Virus record (IMG/VR): IMGVR_UViG_3300005836_000012 | Reading direction: 5' to 3' (one strand) | DNA: 64,000 nucleotides | Source of the DNA: a virus | Shown: in pieces, positions 26,118-33,691 of the stretch | Numbering within the stretch: position 1 is the stretch's first letter | Layout of the letters: each line of letters starts with the position of its first letter | Program-made: the position numbers and the translations under genes | Notes under the pieces: generated by a model | Told to the model about the DNA's origin: nothing | Seen by the model: only the letters and a program-made list of their open reading frames with translations | Database searches by the model: none

Positions 26118-26594
26118 AGCACGCGCGGCGACTTGGTGCCGTGCCCAGTTTGCTGTCTGCTCTTCGGTCATTTCATCCGGGCAGTATTCCAACATCAGCG
26201 CATCAATCTTCGCCTCCGCTGCGGCCAGAGCGGCGCGCAGTTCGGCTATCTCTGCGTCTTGGTTTGCAAACTGCCAGCGAGCGCGTCGCGCGGCATCCAA
26301 CATCGTCTTTGCCGCCAGCCTGATTTCTTGGACGGTGCGCAGGCGATCAACGATGTCGCTGCTGTCAATCAGGTATTCAGGAAACGCATCGCTCGCGTCA
26401 TCAGGCATCTGAAGCGCTGCGATTGCTGCGGCCCAGGAGAGAGGCTTGCGGCGGCGGTAGTCTGCATACACAGGCCCAAGTTCTCGATGATTCTCTATCT
26501 CCATCAACTGCCAGTCATCTGGGATCGAATCAATCAGCGCCTTGCACGCCACCAGTTCCCGTAGCGCTGCCTCAATCTCGCTTGAACGGCTCAT
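26094..26594 (-). CDS. Hypothetical protein
   Basis: 166 aa from ATG 26594 (ATGA overlap), coiled-coil C-terminus. Last gene of the leftward operon. Confidence 0.5.
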   Translation of the reverse strand: MSRSSEIEAALRELVACKALIDSIPDDWQLMEIENHRELGPVYADYRRRKPLSWAAAIAALQMPDDASDAFPEYLIDSSDIVDRLRTVQEIRLAAKTMLDAARRARWQFANQDAEIAELRAALAAAEAKIDALMLEYCPDEMTEEQTANWARHQVAARAANKTEQT

Positions 26595-26920
26595 CGTTGC
26601 TCTCCGGTGGGTGGCTCTGCTGTGAACTCCACACCAGACATCATTCGACCGTTCACCATCACCATTGACGGAGCCCAACCTGGGCCATTGATGAAGCGAA
26701 GCCACGTTTCGTATGGCACTGGGCTATCTATCTCTGAGCCCCATGGGTGGTCTGCGCACCAGCAGGCAAGTTCTTCGGCTGTCTCAAAAGCCGGTGTATA
26801 TGGCTTGTCGCTGACCGTCTGGAACATCTGGTACCACTTGCCTTTGCGTGGCTTAAATCCCTCTTTACAGCCGTCGTCCCAGCGTGATCCGGGCTGCACT
26901 CGCATTACTTCACGTCCCAT
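26591..26920 (-). CDS. Hypothetical protein
   Basis: 109 aa from ATG 26920 (GGAGA 5 nt upstream). Trp-rich. Visibly lower GC than the genome average. Confidence 0.45.
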   Translation of the reverse strand: MGREVMRVQPGSRWDDGCKEGFKPRKGKWYQMFQTVSDKPYTPAFETAEELACWCADHPWGSEIDSPVPYETWLRFINGPGWAPSMVMVNGRMMSGVEFTAEPPTGEQR

Positions 26921-27353
26921 GTTTGTCTCCGGTAGGTGTCGTCTTCCACGGCCACGCCGCCATAGGGCTGATCCCGCGCTTGGCTTCGTCGCTGGGTTCG
27001 GGGGAGACTGCGAATATGGTTGCCAATTCTCGCGCTCGCGTTGCAGCCGAATCATCTAGGTGCGCGCTGTAGACCTCATAGCCTTTCTCGCGATGGTCTT
27101 GGTGTATGTCAACACCCTGCTGCATGATTTTGCGCACCCACGACCAAAGCTCGCCATCTGTCGGCTGCGCAACCGGCTCTGCCTTGGAGTCGCGGGCCGC
27201 TAGCTTCTCGGCTTCAATTTTTCCTACAGCACGGATAGCGGATGCTATGTACGCACCACATTGATGATCTGGTCGGTCTCCAATCTTCTGCCAATGCTCG
27301 GCCTCTGACGCAGCTAGTTCAATGCCGGCAAGGAATGCATCACGCTCGGTCAT
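26910..27353 (-). CDS. Hypothetical protein
   Basis: 147 aa from ATG 27353 (GGAGAG upstream). Confidence 0.5.
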   Translation of the reverse strand: MTERDAFLAGIELAASEAEHWQKIGDRPDHQCGAYIASAIRAVGKIEAEKLAARDSKAEPVAQPTDGELWSWVRKIMQQGVDIHQDHREKGYEVYSAHLDDSAATRARELATIFAVSPEPSDEAKRGISPMAAWPWKTTPTGDKHGT

Positions 27354-27621
27354 TCTTCTCTCCTGCATCGGTTGATGGGGCGAATTTGCGCCTGAAGGTG
27401 ACGTGCACGGAGTAGCCAAGCGCGTCAGCAATGGCGGTGATGGTGCTAGTCTTCAATTCCTGCTGCCCGAGTTCGATGTTCGTGATGCTCGTGCGTTCCA
27501 GGCCGCAGCGCGAAGCGAGTTCCTTCTGCGTGAGCCTAGCCATCTTGCGCATGATGCGTATCGATCTACCGAGGCCGACCGCATCATTGGTCAATGGCAC
27601 CACCGCGATTAGGACTTCCAC
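27340..27621 (-). CDS. XRE-family helix-turn-helix transcriptional regulator
   Basis: LGRSIRIMRKMARLTQKELASRCGLERTSITNIELGQQ is a classic Cro/CI-type HTH. Start ambiguous (GTG 27621/27603, TTG 27594). Confidence 0.75.
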   Translation of the reverse strand: MEVLIAVVPLTNDAVGLGRSIRIMRKMARLTQKELASRCGLERTSITNIELGQQELKTSTITAIADALGYSVHVTFRRKFAPSTDAGEKNDRA

Positions 27622-27817
27622 CGAGGTTCCTGAAATTCACGCTGCAAAACGGGCAAGGCTCTGGCGCTACTGGTGCTGCGGACAAGCGGTCGATGGCGGC
27701 TTCAATCGCGCGACGCATAGCCTCTTGCAGCCCGCAACCGCGCTTGCCAGCTTGCACGTAGGCCCGCACGGCTTCATTCACCGCGTCATCGCTGACTGGT
27801 GCTGCTCTGGTGGTCAT
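27584..27817 (-). CDS. Hypothetical small protein
   Basis: 77 aa from ATG 27817 (ATGA overlap with the Lar-like stop, AAAGGA upstream). Confidence 0.4.
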   Translation of the reverse strand: MTTRAAPVSDDAVNEAVRAYVQAGKRGCGLQEAMRRAIEAAIDRLSAAPVAPEPCPFCSVNFRNLGGSPNRGGAIDQ

Positions 27818-28035
27818 GCGGAATCCTTTCTGCGATTCCAACGAGTAATAGCTAGCCTGATATAGGCCGCCGAGCCACGATCATCTGCCACGTCAGATCC
27901 ATCACGCACTATCGGCTGCGCTGGGCATCGATTGTTGACACACGCCACCCATCCCCAGGCGTTGCCTTCGCGCTCTGGGTCTTTGGGTCCAGTCCTTGGG
28001 GCTTTCCCACAAAACGGGCACGGCTTCGGGCTCAT
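27814..28035 (-). CDS. Lar-family restriction-alleviation-like protein
   Basis: MSPKPCPFCGK...CVNNRCPAQ...AAYIRLAITRWNRR matches the Lar layout (CPFCG, second Cys pair, AI..WNRR). Confidence 0.55.
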   Translation of the reverse strand: MSPKPCPFCGKAPRTGPKDPEREGNAWGWVACVNNRCPAQPIVRDGSDVADDRGSAAYIRLAITRWNRRKDSA

Positions 28036-28051
28036 GTGCGCTCCTGCGTGG

Positions 28052-28438
28052 TCACGGCAGAACCAGCGTCCCGCCGTTGAACAACCAAATCTGCCGGTAC
28101 GTGTGCAGGCGCCCGGAGTTGATCTGCTTGCTCGTGTGCGTGAACGTACCCGTGAACAGCGCCTGATTCATGTCGGCGTCGTACAGCCAGATGCCAGCGC
28201 TGAAGTCGAGTTGTTGGACTGGAAGCGGACCAGAGAACCATTCGACGCCATCCACGACTGCTCGGACTCCGTTCTGGGCCAGGTAGCTCGTTGAAAGGTC
28301 CACCGTGGGTTCATCCGAGACTCCGCTGCAGGCCGGCATCGAGCCGCAGTTGATGGGATTCAAGGTGACCGTCGCAGCTTGCGCGTTGACGATGATGCCG
28401 GCGAGGATGGCTGAGACGTAGAGGGGTAACTTGTTCAT
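28052..28438 (-). CDS. Secreted protein (signal peptide), function unknown
   Basis: ATG 28438. MNKLPLYVSAILAGIIVNAQA then mature domain. GGAG upstream. Confidence 0.5.
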   Translation of the reverse strand: MNKLPLYVSAILAGIIVNAQAATVTLNPINCGSMPACSGVSDEPTVDLSTSYLAQNGVRAVVDGVEWFSGPLPVQQLDFSAGIWLYDADMNQALFTGTFTHTSKQINSGRLHTYRQIWLFNGGTLVLP

Positions 28439-28498
28439 TGCATTAGCTCCGTCGATGCGCTTTGGAAAGAGCGAAAGCGCTGCGCTCATTTGAGACAG

Positions 28499-28693
28499 TC
28501 AGGCGTCGCGCGGTCCGGTGGTGCTCGGATTCTCGTCACGCTGCCAGGCCACGAGGACGAGAGCGCCGCCGCATGTGGCCAGCGACAGCCAGCCCCACCA
28601 GCTCGTTGCGTAGAAAGCCCAGCCACCGACAACGACGGCCAGAACGCCAAGCCAGAACAATGTCGCGCTGCGTTGATTGAACGTCATGGGCAT
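28499..28693 (-). CDS. Small membrane protein (2 TM, Trp-rich)
   Basis: 64 aa, LFWLGVLAVVVGGWAFYATSWWGWLSLATCGGALVLVAW. Confidence 0.45.
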   Translation of the reverse strand: MPMTFNQRSATLFWLGVLAVVVGGWAFYATSWWGWLSLATCGGALVLVAWQRDENPSTTGPRDA

Positions 28694-28707
28694 GGCACGT
28701 CTCCTTT

Positions 28708-28896
28708 TCAGAACAGCCGCGGTCGTTGCTCGTCGCGGATGCGCTCCAGCGTTTCGAGCACCGATTGCAAGATGGTGATGCGCTCGTCGGCCTGCGCCTG
28801 CGTGATGCGCTTCTGTTCGATGAAGCGAGGATAGACCCGCTCGCGCATTCCTATCTCGCGCTTCACTTCTGCGATCTGCTGGTCGATGGTGATCAT
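28708..28896 (-). CDS. Hypothetical small protein
   Basis: 62 aa from ATG 28896 (ATGA overlap). MITIDQQIAEVKREIGMRERVYPRFI... looks like a conserved small phage protein. Confidence 0.5.
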   Translation of the reverse strand: MITIDQQIAEVKREIGMRERVYPRFIEQKRITQAQADERITILQSVLETLERIRDEQRPRLF

Positions 28897-29087
28897 GGGT
28901 GCTGCCATAGCGTCATCGCTCGCACCGCTTCGTTGATCGCAGATTGGGCTTCCTTGAAAGCGTCCAACTCGCGCAGCAGTGGAGCGTCCATCGTGTCGCG
29001 GTTGCCGTCGCGCAGCGCACGCTCCCATGTCTGCAGCAGGATGCGTGCGCTGCGTAACCTGGTAATGAGCGGCCGTTGCTTTTTCAT
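28893..29087 (-). CDS. Hypothetical small protein
   Basis: 64 aa from ATG 29087 (alternative 29096). The rest of the 188-aa ORF-track frame is Arg/Ala junk overlapping the RusA-like gene. Confidence 0.4.
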   Translation of the reverse strand: MKKQRPLITRLRSARILLQTWERALRDGNRDTMDAPLLRELDAFKEAQSAINEAVRAMTLWQHP

Positions 29088-29128
29088 GGATGGCATCTTC
29101 CGTTTTTGTGCTGACGCGCTGCTGACGG

Positions 29129-29620
29129 TCATGCGAACGGGTCGTCTTCGTCGACGACGGCCGGCAGCGCCAGCGCTTGTTGATCGGCCACCAGCAGTTG
29201 CCAAATCGTCACTTCGGCCCGCGGGTTGCCGGCGTCGAAGCGTTTGTACGTGTGGCGCTCCACCACCTGCCGATCGTTGCGGTAGACGCCGGACTGCAGC
29301 AGTACGCGCTGCGACGGTACGATCGGATTCGATGGCTTCGTGCGGCTCCAGCGATCCTGCAGGATGTCCAGCAGCAGCTGCTCGTCCATGTCGGGGCGCT
29401 GCGATCGGTAGTAGAGGACCAGCCGCATGCGCAGCGGCCCCTCCAGGCGCAGGCGGCACCGCGGCGGGACCTGGCGCAGCGCGTCCTTCTCGTAGGCCAG
29501 CGCCTCGGGCGACTTGATGAACAGCCGGCGCTCGGTGTCCTGGCCTTTGTCGACCGTGACGAGCTGGCGCCGGTTCTTCATCGACGGCACCTGGCCCAGG
29601 ATGGTGAAGGACAGACGCAT
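29129..29620 (-). CDS. rusA: RusA-like Holliday junction resolvase
   Basis: ATG 29620 (GAGG 8 nt upstream). GQVPSMKNRRQ and RPDMDEQLLLDILQ...GVYRNDRQVV parallel the RusA PSxNxR and DxDN...DD blocks. Confidence 0.5.
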   Translation of the reverse strand: MRLSFTILGQVPSMKNRRQLVTVDKGQDTERRLFIKSPEALAYEKDALRQVPPRCRLRLEGPLRMRLVLYYRSQRPDMDEQLLLDILQDRWSRTKPSNPIVPSQRVLLQSGVYRNDRQVVERHTYKRFDAGNPRAEVTIWQLLVADQQALALPAVVDEDDPFA

Positions 29621-29735
29621 CAGGCGCGCCTCGTGAGCCGCAGCCACACCCAATGCAGAAACGCCGTGAGTTCTGTCCGGTGCTGGCGGCGGCAGGACCA
29701 GCAGCACGTCCAGAAGATGCGGATGCGCCGGCGCT

Positions 29736-29939
29736 TCACCGCATCACCCCTCTGGTTGGAACGGTGTTGCGAAGTGGCGTGAGCACCGGAGTCAGCCACG
29801 CGCCAAACGATCCGGTGAGCGGGTGCGGCCGCTCGCGGCGCGGCTCGCACACACGATCCACCAGCCTGCCGGCCTGAGCCTCAACGTACAGCGCGCATTC
29901 CTCGCGCACCGGGCACCAGCCGCCCATGCACTGCAGCAT
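29736..29939 (-). CDS. Hypothetical small Cys-containing protein
   Basis: 67 aa from ATG 29939, directly after the upstream stop. Confidence 0.35.
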   Translation of the reverse strand: MLQCMGGWCPVREECALYVEAQAGRLVDRVCEPRRERPHPLTGSFGAWLTPVLTPLRNTVPTRGVMR

Positions 29940-29940
29940 G

Positions 29941-30351
29941 TCAGTCGTCCTGCGATGGTGGCTCGGGGCGGCCATCTGGCTCCGGGCCTGCACCCGGAAA
30001 CACCGGCTCGCCATGCTGCGAGCGCCATGCGCGATCTTGTGCCATCCCGTCGCCGATGCCCATCTGGTCGGCCCACTCGCGCACCGTATCCCGAGCTGGC
30101 TTCATCGCCTGGGCGATCTGCTTCAGCCCTTCGATGCGTCCTGGCTGCCGCGGCAATGCTCGCTTCGGCTCGTGTTCCTTGCGCCAGGCGTTGAACTGAG
30201 CGACCGACATGGTGCGGTAGTGCTCGTAGCAGCTCTCGCACCACGGCATGTCCGATCTGGCTGGATGCCCCTTGCACCACGTGCACCAGCGCGGCCGTGT
30301 TTCCGTGGTCGCGCCCTGATCCTTGCTGCCGTCGAATTTAGCCCGCGTCAT
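29941..30351 (-). CDS. Hypothetical protein with CxxC...CxxC zinc-ribbon
   Basis: ATG 30351 (GAGGGGA 7 nt upstream). RWCTWCKGHPARSDMPWCESCYEHY. Confidence 0.5.
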   Translation of the reverse strand: MTRAKFDGSKDQGATTETRPRWCTWCKGHPARSDMPWCESCYEHYRTMSVAQFNAWRKEHEPKRALPRQPGRIEGLKQIAQAMKPARDTVREWADQMGIGDGMAQDRAWRSQHGEPVFPGAGPEPDGRPEPPSQDD

Positions 30352-31225
30352 GGTATTTCCCCTCAATGATCTTTGCCCAGTTGAGCGGTTTCACGACCCA
30401 CTCCAACTCCACGATGAACGGCCTGCGCCCTGGCGTGTGGGTCTGCCCGGTCAGGTAGGTCGACTTGCCGATGTAGGTGAACAGGCGACGCATGTGCAGC
30501 AGGCCAGCGTCGGCGTTCGGCCACTGCTTCAGCACCGCAGTTTCCCGCCAGCGTGCGCGCAAACCATCCGCTCGCGCTCCGATCCACTGCTCCGGATCGT
30601 GCTGCGGAAGCGCAGGTAGCACCTCTTGCCAGAGTTCCAGCACCTTCAGGTGTGGGCAATCGGGTGGCTTGTAGGTGGTCTGCGGCTTCGACGCGGACGA
30701 ACCAGCCGTAGGCTGGTGTATTTCTCCTGATCCTGGTCCTGTTCCTGATCCAGTACCAGTGATGGAATCCGGCGGAGTCCCGGTCATGTCCGGCGGTGTC
30801 ACGCGTGACGGGGGTGGGACATTGGAGCGTTGGCGCTGCTTTCGCTCCCTGTCAGATCGGCGGCCGTCGCGCATGCGTTCGACGATTTCGGCGATCACGT
30901 GGTGGTACAGCCGGCCGTCGCTGGCCACGTACCAGCCGCGCATCAGCGCCTCACGGTTGGCCGTGAAAACCCGAATGTCCATTCCGATGTGCGCCGCGAT
31001 CAGGTCGTCGTTCGCATCCAGGCTGCCGCATGGGGTCTGCGTCCATGCGGTCGACCAGAGCATCAGCAGCCACGGCCGCATGTCTGGCGGCGCCAGCACC
31101 CAGGTGGTCGAGGCCCGGATGCGCTCCAGGTCCATCTCAAACTTCCACCCCCGCGCACGCACGTCGTGCGGATAAGGTGGGTCCGGCGTTGTCGTCGGCA
31201 CCGCAGCGAGCCGCGGCGCGTTCAC
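30338..31225 (-). CDS. Replication-associated protein, DUF1376/YdaU-like N-domain
   Basis: RGWKFEMDLERIRASTTW..RPWLLMLWSTAWTQTPCGSLDANDDLIAAHIGM..GRLYHHVIAE. Gly/Ser/Thr/Pro linker. Second gene after the Cro-like gene. Confidence 0.5.
   Translation of the reverse strand: MNAPRLAAVPTTTPDPPYPHDVRARGWKFEMDLERIRASTTWVLAPPDMRPWLLMLWSTAWTQTPCGSLDANDDLIAAHIGMDIRVFTANREALMRGWYVASDGRLYHHVIAEIVERMRDGRRSDRERKQRQRSNVPPPSRVTPPDMTGTPPDSITGTGSGTGPGSGEIHQPTAGSSASKPQTTYKPPDCPHLKVLELWQEVLPALPQHDPEQWIGARADGLRARWRETAVLKQWPNADAGLLHMRRLFTYIGKSTYLTGQTHTPGRRPFIVELEWVVKPLNWAKIIEGKYHDAG
30728..30763. repeat. Hexanucleotide tandem repeat in the linker-coding part of the replication gene
   Basis: TGATCC TGGTCC TGTTCC TGATCC AGTACC AGTGAT, followed by TCCGGCGG-GTC twice (30768, 30789). 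Confidence 0.6.
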
Positions 31226-31464
31226 GTCTGAAGCGGCTGATCAGCGAACCAGGCTGGCCGCACGTCCTTCAGTCGCCGCGCGTACAGCTCGGGCAGTTCC
31301 TTGTCGAGCGGCAAGATGTAGATCGCCTGGCGTGCAACTCCGATGAGGTGGGCAACGCCTGCGGCAGCGCCGCGCGTGTGTCCCCACTCCCGGGCATACC
31401 TGTCCAGGGCATCCGCCTTTGTGATCCGGGGCGGTTCCGGTCGATCCATATTGACTGGTGGCAT
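31222..31464 (-). CDS. Cro/YdaS-like HTH regulator
   Basis: GAAAGVAHLIGVARQAIYILPLDKELPELYARRLKDVRPAWF resembles the YdaS/Cro-type HTH. First gene of the leftward early operon. ATG 31464 or 31449. Confidence 0.45.
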   Translation of the reverse strand: MPPVNMDRPEPPRITKADALDRYAREWGHTRGAAAGVAHLIGVARQAIYILPLDKELPELYARRLKDVRPAWFADQPLQT

Positions 31465-31470
31465 GGTGCT

Positions 31471-31499
31471 ACTGTAGGGCATAGAGCACACGTTTGCAA
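31471..31499 (-). promoter_or_regulatory. Leftward early promoter candidate (TTGCAA-N17-TACAGT)
   Basis: Minus strand: TTGCAA (31499-31494), 17 nt, TACAGT (31476-31471), then only 6 nt before ATG 31464. Confidence 0.45.
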
Positions 31500-31518
31500 G
31501 AGATTTCGACATACATGC

Positions 31519-31547
31519 TTGACAAGGCACGGGGCAGGCCCCAAACT
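31519..31547 (+). promoter_or_regulatory. Rightward early promoter candidate (TTGACA-N17-CAAACT)
   Basis: TTGACA 31519-31524, 17-nt spacer, CAAACT 31542-31547. GGAG RBS and ATG 31585 downstream. Confidence 0.4.
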
Positions 31548-31584
31548 GCCTACATCGAATCAACCATGACACCGGAGCGAATCG

Positions 31585-31821
31585 ATGACTACCCAGCAAG
31601 TCCAGTTCTTCAAGGCCCGCTACGGCCGCCGCCGCTCGTTCCTGAGCCAGCGCGATGCGGATGCCTACGATGAAGGCTGGCACGACACGGAGGTGGACTG
31701 GGCGCGCCGGGGGCCGTACATGGACGGCGTGATGGATCACGAGGCGGCGGATGACGCGCGCCGGGATTTCCGCGAGGAACAGGCCGACATCGGTTGCGAA
31801 TTCGACGCGGAGGACGCATGA
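31585..31821 (+). CDS. Hypothetical small acidic protein
   Basis: 78 aa, GGAG 7 nt upstream. First gene of the rightward early operon. Confidence 0.55.
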   Translation: MTTQQVQFFKARYGRRRSFLSQRDADAYDEGWHDTEVDWARRGPYMDGVMDHEAADDARRDFREEQADIGCEFDAEDA

Positions 31822-32207
31822 ACCAGACCCAAGCAATCGCCAAGCTGCGCAAGGTCATCGGCTCCAAGATGGCCTATCGGGTCGACCCGAAGGCGCCGGA
31901 CGCCGAAGAACGCGAGGCATCCCGTGCCGCCGCCGCCATCGTGCGCGATGAACTGAAGGTGGCCGAAGAAGCGCGAGACGCACGCCGCGCGGCGGTGCTG
32001 GCCGGCGATCTGGAGTATCAGGCGCTGAAGATGGCCGCGAATGACCTGCTGGCCCAGCGCGACAAGTTGCACAGCCGGTGCTACCGCAAGCGCGTCACGG
32101 TCGGACGCCTGAGCGGCGTCGCCGGGGTCAGTTTCTTCCACCAGGTCGCGGACGGCGACAACTGGGCCGAGGTGGTCGAAAAGGTCACGGCCAAGGTGGC
32201 CGCATGA
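31818..32207 (+). CDS. Hypothetical protein
   Basis: 129 aa from ATG 31818 (ATGA overlap). Confidence 0.5.
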   Translation: MNQTQAIAKLRKVIGSKMAYRVDPKAPDAEEREASRAAAAIVRDELKVAEEARDARRAAVLAGDLEYQALKMAANDLLAQRDKLHSRCYRKRVTVGRLSGVAGVSFFHQVADGDNWAEVVEKVTAKVAA

Positions 32208-32385
32208 AGATCACCACCGAGTACGTCTACCCACCGATCCCGTGCCGGCAGTACGACTGGTCGGCTGTCGACTCCGACACGTACGACTGGGCGCCGGATG
32301 GCCAGGGCCAGGCCGCGGACCAACCGAGCAGGCGGCAATCGATGACCTGTTGGAACAGATCGCTGAACGCAACGCTGGAGACTGA
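32204..32385 (+). CDS. Small conserved-looking protein needing a -1 shift within 32300-32314
   Basis: Frame A: MKITTEYVYPPIPCRQYDWSAVDSDTYDWAPDGQG. The -1 frame continues PGRGPTEQAAIDDLLEQIAERNAGD-stop at 32383-32385. The unshifted frame turns Arg/Ser/Cys-rich. Confidence 0.4.
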
Positions 32386-32386
32386 A

Positions 32387-32539
32387 ATGAAGATTTCCCC
32401 GTACTACATGACCCCGACTGGCCTCGCCACCGTGCGCGCCGCCGCTGCGCTGATGGGCGCCCGCCTGCGCGCGATGCGGCTGGAGCGCCAGGCTTCCGTG
32501 GTCCTGACGCGGCCCGAGCCGCAGCTGGTGATCCGGTGA
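32387..32539 (+). CDS. Hypothetical small protein (50 aa)
   Basis: ATG lies 1 nt after the shifted-frame stop. MKISPYYMTPTGLATVRAAAALMG.... Confidence 0.4.
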   Translation: MKISPYYMTPTGLATVRAAAALMGARLRAMRLERQASVVLTRPEPQLVIR

Positions 32540-32820
32540 TTGCCGAAGGCGGCACATTCAAGCTGTCGGGGCAGCCGCCGCGGGTGGCGCATTCGGACGC
32601 ATCGCCGAGCGAGCACTACTGGAACCCGGCGAGCACGCACGGCAGCGCGATGGTCAAGGCGGCATGGCACCGCCGCCGCGATGGGTTCCTGCACCGCGCG
32701 GAACCGTGGGCGGTCTTCTACTGGCTGGACCTGCCAGGCGCCGACTGCGGATCGATGGCGATGGCCTACGCGGTGGTCGACGACTTCGGGACGCTGCAGA
32801 TCATCGGGGGGCTGTCATGA
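32536..32820 (+). CDS. Hypothetical protein
   Basis: 94 aa, GTG start overlapping the upstream TGA (GTGA). Confidence 0.45.
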   Translation: MIAEGGTFKLSGQPPRVAHSDASPSEHYWNPASTHGSAMVKAAWHRRRDGFLHRAEPWAVFYWLDLPGADCGSMAMAYAVVDDFGTLQIIGGLS

Positions 32821-32830
32821 GGGCGGCGCC

Positions 32831-33007
32831 GTGACCGACGCCAAGGTCAGGCTTGGCGCCGAAACGCAGAACCGAATCGCGCTCACGATCGTCCTGCTCG
32901 GCGAGGCGTCCGTGTCCACGGAGCAAGCGCACAAGTTGCTGATGCTTCTCTGCGAAATGGCCTACACCGAAGGCGTGCTGGCCGCCCTGAAGGAAATGAA
33001 GCGATGA
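32831..33007 (+). CDS. Hypothetical small protein (58 aa)
   Basis: GTG 32831 with GAGGG 7 nt upstream. The remainder of the ORF-track frame is Arg-rich. Confidence 0.4.
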   Translation: MTDAKVRLGAETQNRIALTIVLLGEASVSTEQAHKLLMLLCEMAYTEGVLAALKEMKR

Positions 33008-33162
33008 CCACCACCGAGCGCATCCTGGTCCGCCTGATCCGCCGCCTGATGCTGATCCTGGCATCCGTGGCCACCGTCAGCAAGCCGTCAGTTGCGCGCG
33101 GCATCCTGCGCACCGTCACCGAAACAAGGCGGGTCATTGACCTGATGGAGCGCGCGAAGTGA
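33004..33162 (+). CDS. Hypothetical small protein (52 aa, below ORF-track cutoff)
   Basis: Hand translation MTTTERILVRLIRRLMLILASVATVSKPSVARGILRTVTETRRVIDLMERAK. ATGA and GTGA overlaps at its two ends. Confidence 0.4.
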   Translation: MTTTERILVRLIRRLMLILASVATVSKPSVARGILRTVTETRRVIDLMERAK

Positions 33163-33500
33163 ACACGTGCAAGACCTGCAAACACTGGAAGGATGAAGAA
33201 GCGGACACCCAGATGTGCCATCCGCTTGATCAAGACACTTGTAAGCCGATGGAGCGCGGCTTTGAGGTGCGCATCTGCAAGCATCCTGCGCAGACGTTCT
33301 GCGAGTCGCCGATCGAGGCCAACGGTTTCGGGGTTGCTGATGGCTCCGAATACCGCGCGGTCCTTGCAACGGGGCAGGACTTCGGCTGCGTGCGACACGA
33401 ACCGATCGACTGGTGCGAGCTGGGCTGGCGCGTCGTTCCATACGCCTGCGCGGTGGCTGCGGCCGTGTGGCTGTGGGCCATGGGGCAGCCGGCGCCATGA
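33159..33500 (+). CDS. Cys-rich protein with C-terminal hydrophobic helix
   Basis: 113 aa. CKTCKHW..C..C..C..C pattern, then YACAVAAAVWLWAMG. Confidence 0.5.
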   Translation: MNTCKTCKHWKDEEADTQMCHPLDQDTCKPMERGFEVRICKHPAQTFCESPIEANGFGVADGSEYRAVLATGQDFGCVRHEPIDWCELGWRVVPYACAVAAAVWLWAMGQPAP

Positions 33501-33691
33501 GCGCCGCCATCATCATCCCGACCCGCCAGCGCTGGTGGCTCGGCCAGCAGTTCGCAGCGTGGCGCCTGCGTCGTCTGCGTCGTGAGCTGGCCGGCATGGA
33601 GCAGTACACCGCCCAGGTCGAGCGCGCGCTGCGCGAGTGCCGCTATCGGGAGCAGCAGCTGCGGGTGCGGTTGGCGCTGCTGGAGCCATGA
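33497..33691 (+). CDS. Hypothetical small Arg-rich coiled-coil protein
   Basis: 64 aa from ATG 33497 (ATGA overlap). Confidence 0.4.
   Translation: MSAAIIIPTRQRWWLGQQFAAWRLRRLRRELAGMEQYTAQVERALRECRYREQQLRVRLALLEP

Noticed and set aside
25649-26564. Plus-strand ORFs 25649-26323 and 25956-26564 spanning the convergent junction
   Set aside because: They are Arg/Ser/Cys-rich, overlap the better-supported minus-strand gene 26094-26594, and cross the repeat/hairpin region. There is no RBS.
29621-29735. 115-nt gap upstream of the RusA-like gene as a possible internal promoter
   Set aside because: No -35/-10 pair of the TTGACA-N17-CAxAxT type seen elsewhere in this genome could be found. It is probably just a spacer, or the upstream small ORF is mis-delimited.
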